The notes beneath the pieces are model-generated. The model did no database searches. It was not told where the DNA came from and saw only the letters and a program-made list of their open reading frames with translations. Shown here piece after piece: positions 10,371 through 19,350 of a stretch of DNA of 64,000 nt. Origin of the DNA: a virus (lineage: Duplodnaviria; Caudoviricetes); IMG/VR virus record IMGVR_UViG_3300042904_000073, positions 83-64,082 of that record. One strand, written 5' to 3'. The position numbers were made by a program, and so were the translations under genes. Numbering within the stretch: the stretch's first letter is position 1; each line of letters starts with the position of its first letter.

Positions 10371-10888
10371 TGCGGAATTCTGGCATCGAATCACTTCACG
10401 GGCCATACGGGCTGCTTCGGCGTTTATCTGACGACCAGATGAACGTCAGGCTTCGTGATGCCTGCGACGATACAGCCGCACTAATCCAGTCAAAGATCAT
10501 CGACCTTGCCCCGGCTTCATTCGCGCCAGGCATTGAAGCTCACGTTGAACAAGACGGTGAAGGGCGGTTCAAGATCGTTGCAACGGCAACCCATAGGCGA
10601 GCCAGTGGTTGGGACGAATCAGGTCCAGTAGTTGACATTGCACCGTTTGTCAATGATGGAACTGGTATGTTCGGACCTAACCGCCGTATGATCCGACCGA
10701 CGAACCGGAAGTGGATGTACTTCTTCTGGGAGCGACCTGGCGGTGCCCGCGACTATCCAGGCTTCAAGTACGGCTTCAAGTTCATGAAAGAGAACCACGG
10801 TCAGAAGCCGCAGGGCTTCATGGAACGTGGCTGGCGGAACGCTATGCGGGTTGCCCGGCGCAGGTTTGGGCAGATGCTCAAGAAGTAG
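10370..10888 (+). CDS. HK97 gp10-like neck/tail component
   Basis: APFVNDGTG and HGQKPQGFMERG motifs. Confidence 0.7.
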   Translation: MRNSGIESLHGPYGLLRRLSDDQMNVRLRDACDDTAALIQSKIIDLAPASFAPGIEAHVEQDGEGRFKIVATATHRRASGWDESGPVVDIAPFVNDGTGMFGPNRRMIRPTNRKWMYFFWERPGGARDYPGFKYGFKFMKENHGQKPQGFMERGWRNAMRVARRRFGQMLKK

Positions 10889-10915
10889 GGCTGCGACTCC
10901 GACAAGCCCTATTGC

Positions 10916-11410
10916 ATGGCACGTCCCATTTCATACAACGAACTGATCGCCGCAATCAAGGCCGCAGCCGACGAAGTGTCTGGCCTGGGCTCGTTCGATC
11001 TGCTGCCTGGCGGGGCATCCCCTTGGTCTCGAAATGGCGGCGTGCCTACATTTCACTGGTGGGCCGAGGTGATCCAGGCCAAGCAGCGGATCACGACCAT
11101 TCCAGGCTCCGAGCGCACTATGAGTGCCAGGAAGGAATACTCGGTCCTGGTCGAAGGCTGGTATCCGGTCGTAACCCCGAAGAACTCGCAGGCTACCTGG
11201 GACGCCGGTATTGACGCCTTGCTTACCAAGCTGGAGCGCAAACGCTTCCCGGCTCGCCCTATCCCGGTAATGTTCGAGCGAGGCCAATTGGTTGAGAACA
11301 GCCAGCAGATGAAGGCCAGCTTGCATCAAGGGGATACGACCATCCTTTGCCACCACTGCCGCTTCTTCCTGACCTACTCCCAGGAGTATGAGTTCACCAC
11401 TGTTGACTAG
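10916..11410 (+). CDS. Putative tail terminator (paralog 1)
   Basis: Position and size; C-terminal CHHCRF. Confidence 0.55.
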   Translation: MARPISYNELIAAIKAAADEVSGLGSFDLLPGGASPWSRNGGVPTFHWWAEVIQAKQRITTIPGSERTMSARKEYSVLVEGWYPVVTPKNSQATWDAGIDALLTKLERKRFPARPIPVMFERGQLVENSQQMKASLHQGDTTILCHHCRFFLTYSQEYEFTTVD

Positions 11411-11418
11411 GAGAGTCA

Positions 11419-11952
11419 ATGACTACAGCAGAGCCTACCGCGTCACTCTCTCTTTCAGTGGCAGCGAACAACGCCTTTTCCGGCGACACAGAAGGCCAGC
11501 GGCAGGGTAGCCGCTCTTACAGCCGCTCCTTCCAGTGCGACCCCGCCTTGCCCGAAATCATCGGCATGGGTGCATTCCTGTCGGCCGTGGAAGTCACCTG
11601 CGAGGCAGGGGAATGGCACCTGGCCGACTTGACCGACCCATTCCAGGGAATGGGCGATTCTCTCTGGAATGACGACCAAACTCCGGTCGGCAAGTCCCTG
11701 AATATGCTGCTCGTGATTTCGGCCGACGACAACGAGGATTCGGTCACGATCCGGGTTCCCGCAGCAAATGGTTGCCCGATCCTAAAGGGGACCACGCCAG
11801 CATACGAGATTAAACCAGGAGGCGTCTTTCTCTTCCTGGACCCGACCGGCGAACTCGTGTCGGCCTTGGCGAGAGGGACCAACGACATTATCACCATCGA
11901 AATCTCTGGAGGCGCACCAGTCGTCTCCGTGCTGGCGATTGTAGGACCGTAA
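11419..11952 (+). CDS. Hypothetical virion protein
   Basis: AGGAG SD; within the structural operon. Confidence 0.6.
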   Translation: MTTAEPTASLSLSVAANNAFSGDTEGQRQGSRSYSRSFQCDPALPEIIGMGAFLSAVEVTCEAGEWHLADLTDPFQGMGDSLWNDDQTPVGKSLNMLLVISADDNEDSVTIRVPAANGCPILKGTTPAYEIKPGGVFLFLDPTGELVSALARGTNDIITIEISGGAPVVSVLAIVGP

Positions 11953-11954
11953 CT

Positions 11955-12230
11955 ATGGCAGACCAGAAGAAGCCCGACCCTTATGTCGCTGCGCAGGAGA
12001 AGCTGGACGCCGAGTCCGGCGAGCGCACCGTTTTTTACCATCCTGGCCGGAAGTGCAACTGCCTCTGCGCTGGCGATGGCGAAGTCCAGGAGCAGGGTGT
12101 CCCGAAAGGCTACGAACTCGACGTAGAGCGGTGGGAGAAGGACGGCAAGAAGGGCGCGGCGTTCCTGCGCAAGATCAAGCCGGTCGAGCCCACGGTGGAG
12201 ACCCAGGACGGGACCGCTCCGAAGAAGTGA
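11955..12230 (+). CDS. Hypothetical protein
   Basis: Tightly packed in the operon; typical codon bias. Confidence 0.55.
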   Translation: MADQKKPDPYVAAQEKLDAESGERTVFYHPGRKCNCLCAGDGEVQEQGVPKGYELDVERWEKDGKKGAAFLRKIKPVEPTVETQDGTAPKK

Positions 12231-12242
12231 CGACGCTGCTAA

Positions 12243-12722
12243 ATGCTTCCGACCATCGAGACCATAATCCAGGGAACGGTAGACACTATTAGTGCGCTAT
12301 CCGGCATCGGGCAAGTCGGCAAACAGCAAGGGGCGCAATCCCCTTGGGCCAAAGCTCCGGGTCAGAAGCAGTGCTTCTGGATTGTGACACACGAGCAGTC
12401 GCAGGCAAGTAGCGCAGGTGTCGGTGGCACCGTCAAAAACAAGAACGTTCGCATTCGCCGGATTGTGATTGACGCCTGGATGCCGTGGTCGGTAGGCATC
12501 AGAACCGGCGAGACGTTCCGAGACAAATTAAACGACGTTGAGTGGCAGTTAACGACAAACAAAGGCTTGGGAGTGTGCGCAAAGATGCTGTCTGTTCCTA
12601 ACCTGGATTACAGCAAAGTTGAGCCATATTCAAGTCTCAATGTAAACGACGAACCACGCATCTGCCACCACGCACGAATTTCATTTGACGTGATTGCACA
12701 TCACACCACGGAAGGGAGTTAG
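12243..12722 (+). CDS. Putative tail terminator (paralog 2)
   Basis: Resembles 10916..11410 (SPW and CHH.R motifs); directly precedes the tail tube gene. Confidence 0.55.
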   Translation: MLPTIETIIQGTVDTISALSGIGQVGKQQGAQSPWAKAPGQKQCFWIVTHEQSQASSAGVGGTVKNKNVRIRRIVIDAWMPWSVGIRTGETFRDKLNDVEWQLTTNKGLGVCAKMLSVPNLDYSKVEPYSSLNVNDEPRICHHARISFDVIAHHTTEGS

Positions 12723-12724
12723 CC

Positions 12725-13582
12725 ATGCGCTCACTACACGCATCCGAGGGAGTCCTGCTCTACTCCCTTCAGTCGGTTTTCGCAACGGCGGTAGCCCCCG
12801 CTGAAACGCTCGGCATCGCGGAATACAACGCGACCGACGACGGGGACTTCCGGCAGTTCTTCACGGTCGGCAAGAAGAACCTGCACAAGAACAAGGCAGG
12901 CAACGCGAAGGTGGACTGGCAGGTTCGCTTGAACGGCCTCGGGAGCCCCGATCTGCTGGCGCTCGGCGTCCGCACTTCCGGCCAGGTGCCGTGGATTACC
13001 TGGGGCTTCGGTTCCGATGCCGTGGACGCCTCGCCGGAAGCCTGGCAGGTTCAGGACAGCAAGTGCGACACGCTGGAATGCTCGCTCGACGGTGGCGGCA
13101 TCCTGACGGCCAGCCTCCAGGGCATCGGCGGGCAGAAGTCCACGCTGACGACCCTGACGGCCGATCCGGGTGACGACAATCCGTTCTTCAGCTACGAAGC
13201 CATCTGCACCCTGGCGGGCAGCGCGTTCGAGTTGAAGGGCTTCCGGTTCACCGTCAACCACAACCTGACGCCGGAGTACGTGATCCGGGGCACGTCCGTC
13301 TCTTCGGCTCGCCGCCGACTGTGGGACTACCTGACGGAAGGCAACGAGGAAATCAGCGGCTCGGTGATCCTGGCCCGCAAGTACTCGAAGGACTTCCAGG
13401 CGCTCTGCCCGGCCGCTGACGGCGACCTGGTGCTGACGCTCACCGAGGCGTGCGATGCCCTGAACACGTTCGCCATCACGCTCGAAGACGTGGAGTTCTT
13501 GAGCCAGGCGCGGAACATGCCCGCCGATGGCTACGGGACGTTCGAGCTTCCCTTCAACGCCAAGGGATGGTCGGTAGCGTAA
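12725..13582 (+). CDS. Major tail tube protein
   Basis: 285 aa upstream of the chaperones and tape measure; F.FTVNHNL and EISGS tube-like strands. Confidence 0.75.
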   Translation: MRSLHASEGVLLYSLQSVFATAVAPAETLGIAEYNATDDGDFRQFFTVGKKNLHKNKAGNAKVDWQVRLNGLGSPDLLALGVRTSGQVPWITWGFGSDAVDASPEAWQVQDSKCDTLECSLDGGGILTASLQGIGGQKSTLTTLTADPGDDNPFFSYEAICTLAGSAFELKGFRFTVNHNLTPEYVIRGTSVSSARRRLWDYLTEGNEEISGSVILARKYSKDFQALCPAADGDLVLTLTEACDALNTFAITLEDVEFLSQARNMPADGYGTFELPFNAKGWSVA

Positions 13583-13649
13583 GCTACTGAACAAAGTGAA
13601 ACAAGATACAGTTGGCGCGGTATAAACTACCGAACCGGCTGAATTGACT

Positions 13650-13684
13650 GGCCGGGGGTCCTAGTGACCCTCGGCCGCTTTTTC
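13650..13684 (+). terminator. Terminator or attenuator after the tail tube gene
   Basis: GGCCGGGGGTC-CTAGT-GACCCTCGGCC-GCTTTTT. Confidence 0.65.
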
Positions 13685-13689
13685 GAGGA

Positions 13690-14196
13690 GTGAGCCCCGT
13701 GCCCGAAAAGACCGAAGGAATGACACAGGAAGAACTGGAAGCGCAGATCGCCGAGGACTTCGATCCCGGCCTCTCCGGTTCCAGCGTTGCCGCGCTGTTC
13801 TCCGCGCACCTGGACGCCGAGGAAATCCCTTTCACCATCGGCGAGTGCAAGCAAGAGTCCTCGGCTACGCTTCGACCGATGGACGCCGACAAGCTGTCCC
13901 GCTACCGCGATAGCGTCAGCCGCTTCTCCACCGTGGAAGGGCAGGAGACGAAGTTCTACTTCGAGCCCGCCACGGCCGAGTCCGAGGTGGCGCTGCTGCT
14001 CGGCACCGTCGAAGCCATGACCATCTTCTGGGACAAGCCCGTGGTCGGTGGCGGCACGACCGTGGAGCAGATTCCCTTCCCGAAGCCCGGCCCAGGCCGC
14101 ATCCTGTTCTTCCAGCGGATGCACCCTGACCTGCGGAAGAAGCTGGTCCACGAGTGCAAGCGCGTCAACGGGCTGCACCCCGCAGTCCCAAAGTAG
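13690..14196 (+). CDS. Tail assembly chaperone (gpG-like)
   Basis: Between tail tube and tape measure; ends in slippery C CCA AAG TAG. Confidence 0.75.
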   Translation: MSPVPEKTEGMTQEELEAQIAEDFDPGLSGSSVAALFSAHLDAEEIPFTIGECKQESSATLRPMDADKLSRYRDSVSRFSTVEGQETKFYFEPATAESEVALLLGTVEAMTIFWDKPVVGGGTTVEQIPFPKPGPGRILFFQRMHPDLRKKLVHECKRVNGLHPAVPK

Positions 14197-14459
14197 GGCC
14201 TCGATGGTGTAAGCGGGTAGAAAACTTCCTCGACGCTCTTGCCGATAGTTACTATAGAGCCCGGCTTGGCGCGAGGAAGGAACCGCTCGGTTTTCTCCAG
14301 CTTTACATCATCGAGCTTTACAACGCTTACGAGCATCACAACATTCTGCCTACCAACCAGAATGCCGGATACGGCGGGCAGAATCCACGGTTGATGGAAG
14401 CGTTTGGAAGGCTACGCGCCAAAGACGCTGAAATCAGGAAGCAATCAGAAGGCGGATAA
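14187..14459 (+). CDS. Tail chaperone gpGT-like extension via -1 frameshift
   Basis: The -1 frame is open from the slippery site to 14459, 3 nt before the tape measure start. Confidence 0.75.
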   Translation, partial: PKVGPRWCKRVENFLDALADSYYRARLGARKEPLGFLQLYIIELYNAYEHHNILPTNQNAGYGGQNPRLMEAFGRLRAKDAEIRKQSEGG

Positions 14460-14462
14460 ACC

Positions 14463-17400
14463 GTGGATCAGGAAACGCTAAAGCTCGTTCTGGAAGCTCA
14501 CAACGCAGCCTCTCCGATTATCAAGCAGGTCAGGAATGATCTACTTGCTGCGGAGAAGGCTGCGACGAGTTTGAACAAGTCGCTCAAGATCAAAGCGTCC
14601 GGTGCATCAGAAGTGCAGCGGACTATGCAGGGCATTAAGCGCCAGATCACCGAAGTGATCCAGGCTGCTGATCGACTGCATAAAGCTCTACGTGTTAAAG
14701 CCACACGAGACGCTTCTATCGGCTCTGTGTTCAACGGTATTCGCTCCGAAATCAAGAAGACGATCCAGGAAGCAGACCGGCTGCATAAAGCTCTTAACAC
14801 CAAATCGAGCGCAAAGGCTTTCTCCAATACCGACCTGGCGAAGTTCGTAAAGGACCTTGCTGCGGCTGCAAAGAATGTGCGCGACTTGAAGGCATCGCTG
14901 CGCAGCAACAACCTGAAGCTGACTTTCACTTTCAGCTATCGCGGCTCGAAGTCGATGGACAAGTTGATCGCCGACTTGCGAGCCGTAAACAAGCTGCTGG
15001 CGGTCACGGCCAGCCGTTCCGCTGCGGCTGCCAGTGGACTCAACGGCCTGCGCGGGCCTCGGGTCAATACCGGAGGTGGCGGCGGCGGCGGCGGGAACGG
15101 CAACCGAGCAAACAAGCTGTTCTCTGCTGTCGGCGATGTTTTCGGCGGTGCCGGTGAAGCGATAGGCGGGGTTGGCCGGGTTACCGGAGCCATCATGGGC
15201 TTCGGCGGTACGCTCATGCGTGTCGGCGACTTCGCGCTCGGGTTCGGCAAGGCCGTTATCAGCGGAGTCGTGGGCACCCTTCAGGAAGTGGAGAAGGCTG
15301 CGGCGGTCACTACCGGGGTACTAACCGGGCTCGGCGTAGTTACCGCGAAGCTCGGCACCGACTTCAACCAGTTCAAAGAGAACACCCTTCAGACCTTGGC
15401 CGCGCTTACCAAGAGCGGAGAGAAGGCGCAGAAGATTTTCGACTTCTCGTTCCAGCTTGCCATTCCGGCCAAGTTCACGTTCGAGGAAGTCCTGGAAGGC
15501 GCACGCACGCTCGAAGCATTCGGCATTAGCCTTGACCGTCACGGCCAAGCCACGGGTCGCTACCTGACCAACGCAGTAGCACTGGCACAGGGTATGGAGA
15601 AGCCGCTGGCGCAGGTGACCCGGTTCCTCGGCAACCTGTCCCAAGGCCGTTTGCTGCTACAGCAGGCAGCGCCTCTCGGCATGGGCCGTCAGACGCTCCA
15701 GCAGTACGGCGTCGAGTTCGATAGCCACGGTTCGGCGACCGACCGGACCAAGCTGCTTGAAGCGGCGATGAAGGCAATCGAAGATCGGTGGGGCAGCCTG
15801 CTTGATAAGATGGCGAACACCTACGAGTCCAAGCTCGACTCTATGGTGTCCATGACGCGCATGTTCTCTGGCAAGATCACCGAGGGGTTGTTCGGCCATC
15901 TGACCAAGGCCTACGGCAACGTCGCTGACCTGTTCCAGAACCTTATCGACCCGAAAGCTATTGTCAACGGCGTAGAAATCTCCGTCAAGCAGGCCGAGGC
16001 TCGTGTCAAGACCCTGAAGGAAGAACTCGCGGGTCAGAAGTCGATGCAGCAGGAGTACTCTGGCGGCAGCTACTCCCCGCAGCTTCGGACAGAGACGGCA
16101 GAGGGCATCAAGTCCACGGAGCAGGAGCTTGCCAACGCGACCAAGACCCTATCGGCTGTTAAGGCTGAACTCGGGCCGGTCTACTCACTGGTTGAAGCTC
16201 TGAAGACGCCGTTCGACTTGCTCGGGTCGGCCATTGAAAAGGCGACCGAGGCGTTGCCGGGGTTCGTCAACTGGCTTTCCCAGGTGCTCACCAAGGACCG
16301 CATCATCGACTTCCTGTCGGAAATCATTGCGGTCGCTCGGGTCATGTGGGAGGACTTCCAGGAGTTCTTCAATCAAGCCAGTGGCGGCAAAGGCCTGGTC
16401 GGTATCTGGGAGAACTTCCGCAACTTTGCTCTGGATGCCATCGACGCTGTGATGGAAGCGTGGACCGAGTTCCGCGCCAACGTCGAGTATGCGATGAAAA
16501 CGGCACCGGAGCTATTCGCCATGCTGATCGAGGCGGCGGGCCAGTTGAAGGCGGCTCTGGAAGCTATCGTCGGCTTGATGGTGCTGAACTTCGGGGCGCA
16601 GGTAGCGTCGGGCATCTTCCAGATCGTGGGCGGCATCGGGCAGATGGTCGTGGGAGTAGTTCGCCTGGTCGGGCTGATGCGCGGCGGCGGCGGCTTCCTG
16701 GGTGCCCTGAAGCAGATGCTAGGGCTCGGAGGTGCCGCAGGGGGCCAGACGGCCGCTGGCGGGGCTTCTGGGGCCGCTGGCGCGGCTGCCAGTAATGGCG
16801 GGCGGATGGCGGCGGCAATGGCGAAGATGCCGAAAGGCTTGGGGCCTGCTGGCATCGTAGGTGCGCTCGCCGATTGGGGGACCAACCTGCTGCCTGACAA
16901 CGAAGGCGGATGGGGCAAGCATGGCGCGGCTGGTGCCATCGGGAAGATCGGTGGCCGGGCTGCAAGCATGGCCGCTACCGGCGCTATGGTGGGCTCGTTC
17001 TTCCCTGGACCCGGTACGGTGATCGGCGGGGTTGTTGGCGGGGTTGGCGGTGCAATCTGGGGTGGCATCGACTTCGCTAACGGTCGCAAGGACTACGAGG
17101 AGCGCAAGCGTGCTGCAACTCACAAGCGTGGTCTGACTATCAACGACATTAAGTCGGCCAAGCAGAAGTGGGAAGAGTCCTCGAATGTGCAGCTTCAGGG
17201 GATGGCCGGAACCGCGCAGGGTGTTGGCAAGTGGGCTATCGGTCAGGCTACCGGGATGGCTGGAGACGCTATTCCTGAACGGTTCAAGCAGTGGAACGCC
17301 GAGCGCGAGAAGTACGTAGCGGGCCAGATGGACGGTGCTAAAGGCCGTGCTGCCCGCCGACGCGAGCGCCTGGGATACCGGGACAAAGCCAAGGAGTTCC

Positions 17401-18638
17401 TGAACGGTCTCACGGGCGGCGAAATGGAAATGCCCAAGGACAAGAAGGGAGACGACATTTCGCCTTCCACGATCATCGGCGGCGGCAGTCAACCCGGCCA
17501 CGGTGGCTTTACCTACGTCGGCGATATGCCGAAGCCGCAGGATCAGTTCCGTGACCCGGATGTAGTGTCGGCACAGATCGAAAGCTACGAGAGCCGCTTC
17601 AGGGGAATGACCAGTAACGAGCAGGCCATCGCTCGACAGAAGCTACTCCCGCTCTACCAAGAGAAGATGAAAGGCGACCGGGAAGCTGTTACTGCTGCGC
17701 AAGAGGAAATGGCAAACACCATTAACTCGTCTGGTCAGCAGAAATCGGAAGACGAAACGAACAAGGACAAGATCAACTACTGGAAGGCAATCGAGAAATT
17801 CTGGAAGTCTGAAGCAGAAGTCCAGGAGATTCAGCGCGAGGCGCAAGACGCTATTCACAATCGTCTCAAAGAGGCGAATGAAGCACGAATGGCGGCGGTG
17901 CAAGCGCAGATCGAACTCTTGCCAGATAGTCAGCAGGCGGCGGCTCGCCAGGCGCAGTTGGTCCCATACCTGGCGCAGCAGCATCGGCTAGTCCTGAACA
18001 AGCTGAAGACGGTCCAGAAGGGCTCTCTTGAAGAGTCTCGACTTCTCGAAGAAGAAGCGAAGATAAGGAAGCAGATCACCGAGACCAAGAACGAGGCTGT
18101 AGACGAAGCGGCGAAGCAGGCGTTCGAGGGTCCCAGGCGTCAGTTCGGCACGTTGAAGAAGCTGATCGGAATGATGCCGAAGGGCTCGCAGAAGGGTGCG
18201 ATGCAGGCGCTCTTGATGCCCCGGATCAAGGCGGCTATGGCCGGTGCGCAGCAAGAGCGAGACCCGGTGAAGCGCCAGGAGAAGCTGCTTGAAGTCGCCG
18301 ACATGTTCAGCGAACTGAAGGAAGCCAAGAAGTCTGGCGACCCGTTCAGCGGTATGTTCGACAAGGCAATGGCAGGCGAGCGCCAGGGTGCCATTGGGCG
18401 CTACCAGCAGATGTTGATGGGGCGCAAGAATGGCCGTGGTCAGCGGATCGGCAAGCAGAAGGACATTTTCGCTGCTATGTCGCCGTTCGCTCCGGGAGCC
18501 GGTGTTGGCGGCGGAACAGCGTTTTCGCAGGACAAGTTCACGCAGCTAATTTTCCAGCTTCCGGTCAACGCAAGCGAACAACAGATCGCTGATTTGATTA
18601 TGAAGGTAATGCAGGACCAGATGGGTCCTGGGAGGTAA
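14463..18638 (+). CDS. Tape measure protein
   Basis: 1391 aa, Ala/Gly-rich helical protein with tape-measure domain and glycine-zipper segments. Confidence 0.9.
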   Translation: MDQETLKLVLEAHNAASPIIKQVRNDLLAAEKAATSLNKSLKIKASGASEVQRTMQGIKRQITEVIQAADRLHKALRVKATRDASIGSVFNGIRSEIKKTIQEADRLHKALNTKSSAKAFSNTDLAKFVKDLAAAAKNVRDLKASLRSNNLKLTFTFSYRGSKSMDKLIADLRAVNKLLAVTASRSAAAASGLNGLRGPRVNTGGGGGGGGNGNRANKLFSAVGDVFGGAGEAIGGVGRVTGAIMGFGGTLMRVGDFALGFGKAVISGVVGTLQEVEKAAAVTTGVLTGLGVVTAKLGTDFNQFKENTLQTLAALTKSGEKAQKIFDFSFQLAIPAKFTFEEVLEGARTLEAFGISLDRHGQATGRYLTNAVALAQGMEKPLAQVTRFLGNLSQGRLLLQQAAPLGMGRQTLQQYGVEFDSHGSATDRTKLLEAAMKAIEDRWGSLLDKMANTYESKLDSMVSMTRMFSGKITEGLFGHLTKAYGNVADLFQNLIDPKAIVNGVEISVKQAEARVKTLKEELAGQKSMQQEYSGGSYSPQLRTETAEGIKSTEQELANATKTLSAVKAELGPVYSLVEALKTPFDLLGSAIEKATEALPGFVNWLSQVLTKDRIIDFLSEIIAVARVMWEDFQEFFNQASGGKGLVGIWENFRNFALDAIDAVMEAWTEFRANVEYAMKTAPELFAMLIEAAGQLKAALEAIVGLMVLNFGAQVASGIFQIVGGIGQMVVGVVRLVGLMRGGGGFLGALKQMLGLGGAAGGQTAAGGASGAAGAAASNGGRMAAAMAKMPKGLGPAGIVGALADWGTNLLPDNEGGWGKHGAAGAIGKIGGRAASMAATGAMVGSFFPGPGTVIGGVVGGVGGAIWGGIDFANGRKDYEERKRAATHKRGLTINDIKSAKQKWEESSNVQLQGMAGTAQGVGKWAIGQATGMAGDAIPERFKQWNAEREKYVAGQMDGAKGRAARRRERLGYRDKAKEFLNGLTGGEMEMPKDKKGDDISPSTIIGGGSQPGHGGFTYVGDMPKPQDQFRDPDVVSAQIESYESRFRGMTSNEQAIARQKLLPLYQEKMKGDREAVTAAQEEMANTINSSGQQKSEDETNKDKINYWKAIEKFWKSEAEVQEIQREAQDAIHNRLKEANEARMAAVQAQIELLPDSQQAAARQAQLVPYLAQQHRLVLNKLKTVQKGSLEESRLLEEEAKIRKQITETKNEAVDEAAKQAFEGPRRQFGTLKKLIGMMPKGSQKGAMQALLMPRIKAAMAGAQQERDPVKRQEKLLEVADMFSELKEAKKSGDPFSGMFDKAMAGERQGAIGRYQQMLMGRKNGRGQRIGKQKDIFAAMSPFAPGAGVGGGTAFSQDKFTQLIFQLPVNASEQQIADLIMKVMQDQMGPGR

Positions 18639-18643
18639 CCTTC

Positions 18644-19072
18644 ATGATCCGAGAAACGAAGATCACCGGCCAGGAGGCATTCATCCGAATGGCCGGTGAT
18701 CCCGACGTTGTAAAGCGAACAATCAAGCAGTCGCAGGCTGCGTTCCCGCAAGATCGCTGGCAGCAGTCCTGCCACTTCGCCTGGAAGCTACTCTACCTGT
18801 CAGGCATCGAAACTGCGCTCGGCAGCCATCGCGGCGGCTTCGCGCAGAACCTTGGACAGCGCGGATGGAAGGCTGTCAACGTCAAGTCGCCCGGCTGCCT
18901 GAAGGCTGGCGACATAGCCATGACCGAGGAAGGCTACGTCAGCGTGGTCGCCAAGGTGGACACGGCCGGTAATTTCTGGCACGCCGTTGACGTTGGCTGT
19001 GAAGAAGGCAAAGCCGTGCGCCATGAAGGTGTCGGTAGATACCTCTTCCTGCGTCCTGGCGGCGGCGGGTGA
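18644..19072 (+). CDS. Small CHAP/NlpC-P60-like protein, possibly degenerate
   Basis: SCHFAW...KAGDIA....GYVSVV resembles C...PGD....GHV with His replaced by Tyr. Confidence 0.35.
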   Translation: MIRETKITGQEAFIRMAGDPDVVKRTIKQSQAAFPQDRWQQSCHFAWKLLYLSGIETALGSHRGGFAQNLGQRGWKAVNVKSPGCLKAGDIAMTEEGYVSVVAKVDTAGNFWHAVDVGCEEGKAVRHEGVGRYLFLRPGGGG

Positions 19073-19114
19073 GGGGATAAGAAAGCTCCGGTCGGAGCAT
19101 CCCCCAATCCTACA

Positions 19115-19348
19115 GTGCCGCCTGAAGTAGCCGCCAGAATGGCTATGTACCCGTTGCACCCGAATCCTCCAGCTAACACCTGGCCGATGCCACAGGAGAA
19201 GGTGATCGTCGCCGAGGGCAACACGATCATCGTCCAGCCGGGAGCCACGGTCTATATCGTGAACGGCGGGCCTCCCACAATCTATGGACCGGACGGCCAG
19301 CCTGTGCCGCCTGGAACGCCTGTTCCGAGACCTGGCAAGAGAGCCTGA
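19115..19348 (+). CDS. Small Pro-rich hypothetical protein
   Basis: Fills the gap in the operon. Confidence 0.45.
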   Translation: MPPEVAARMAMYPLHPNPPANTWPMPQEKVIVAEGNTIIVQPGATVYIVNGGPPTIYGPDGQPVPPGTPVPRPGKRA

Positions 19349-19350
19349 CG

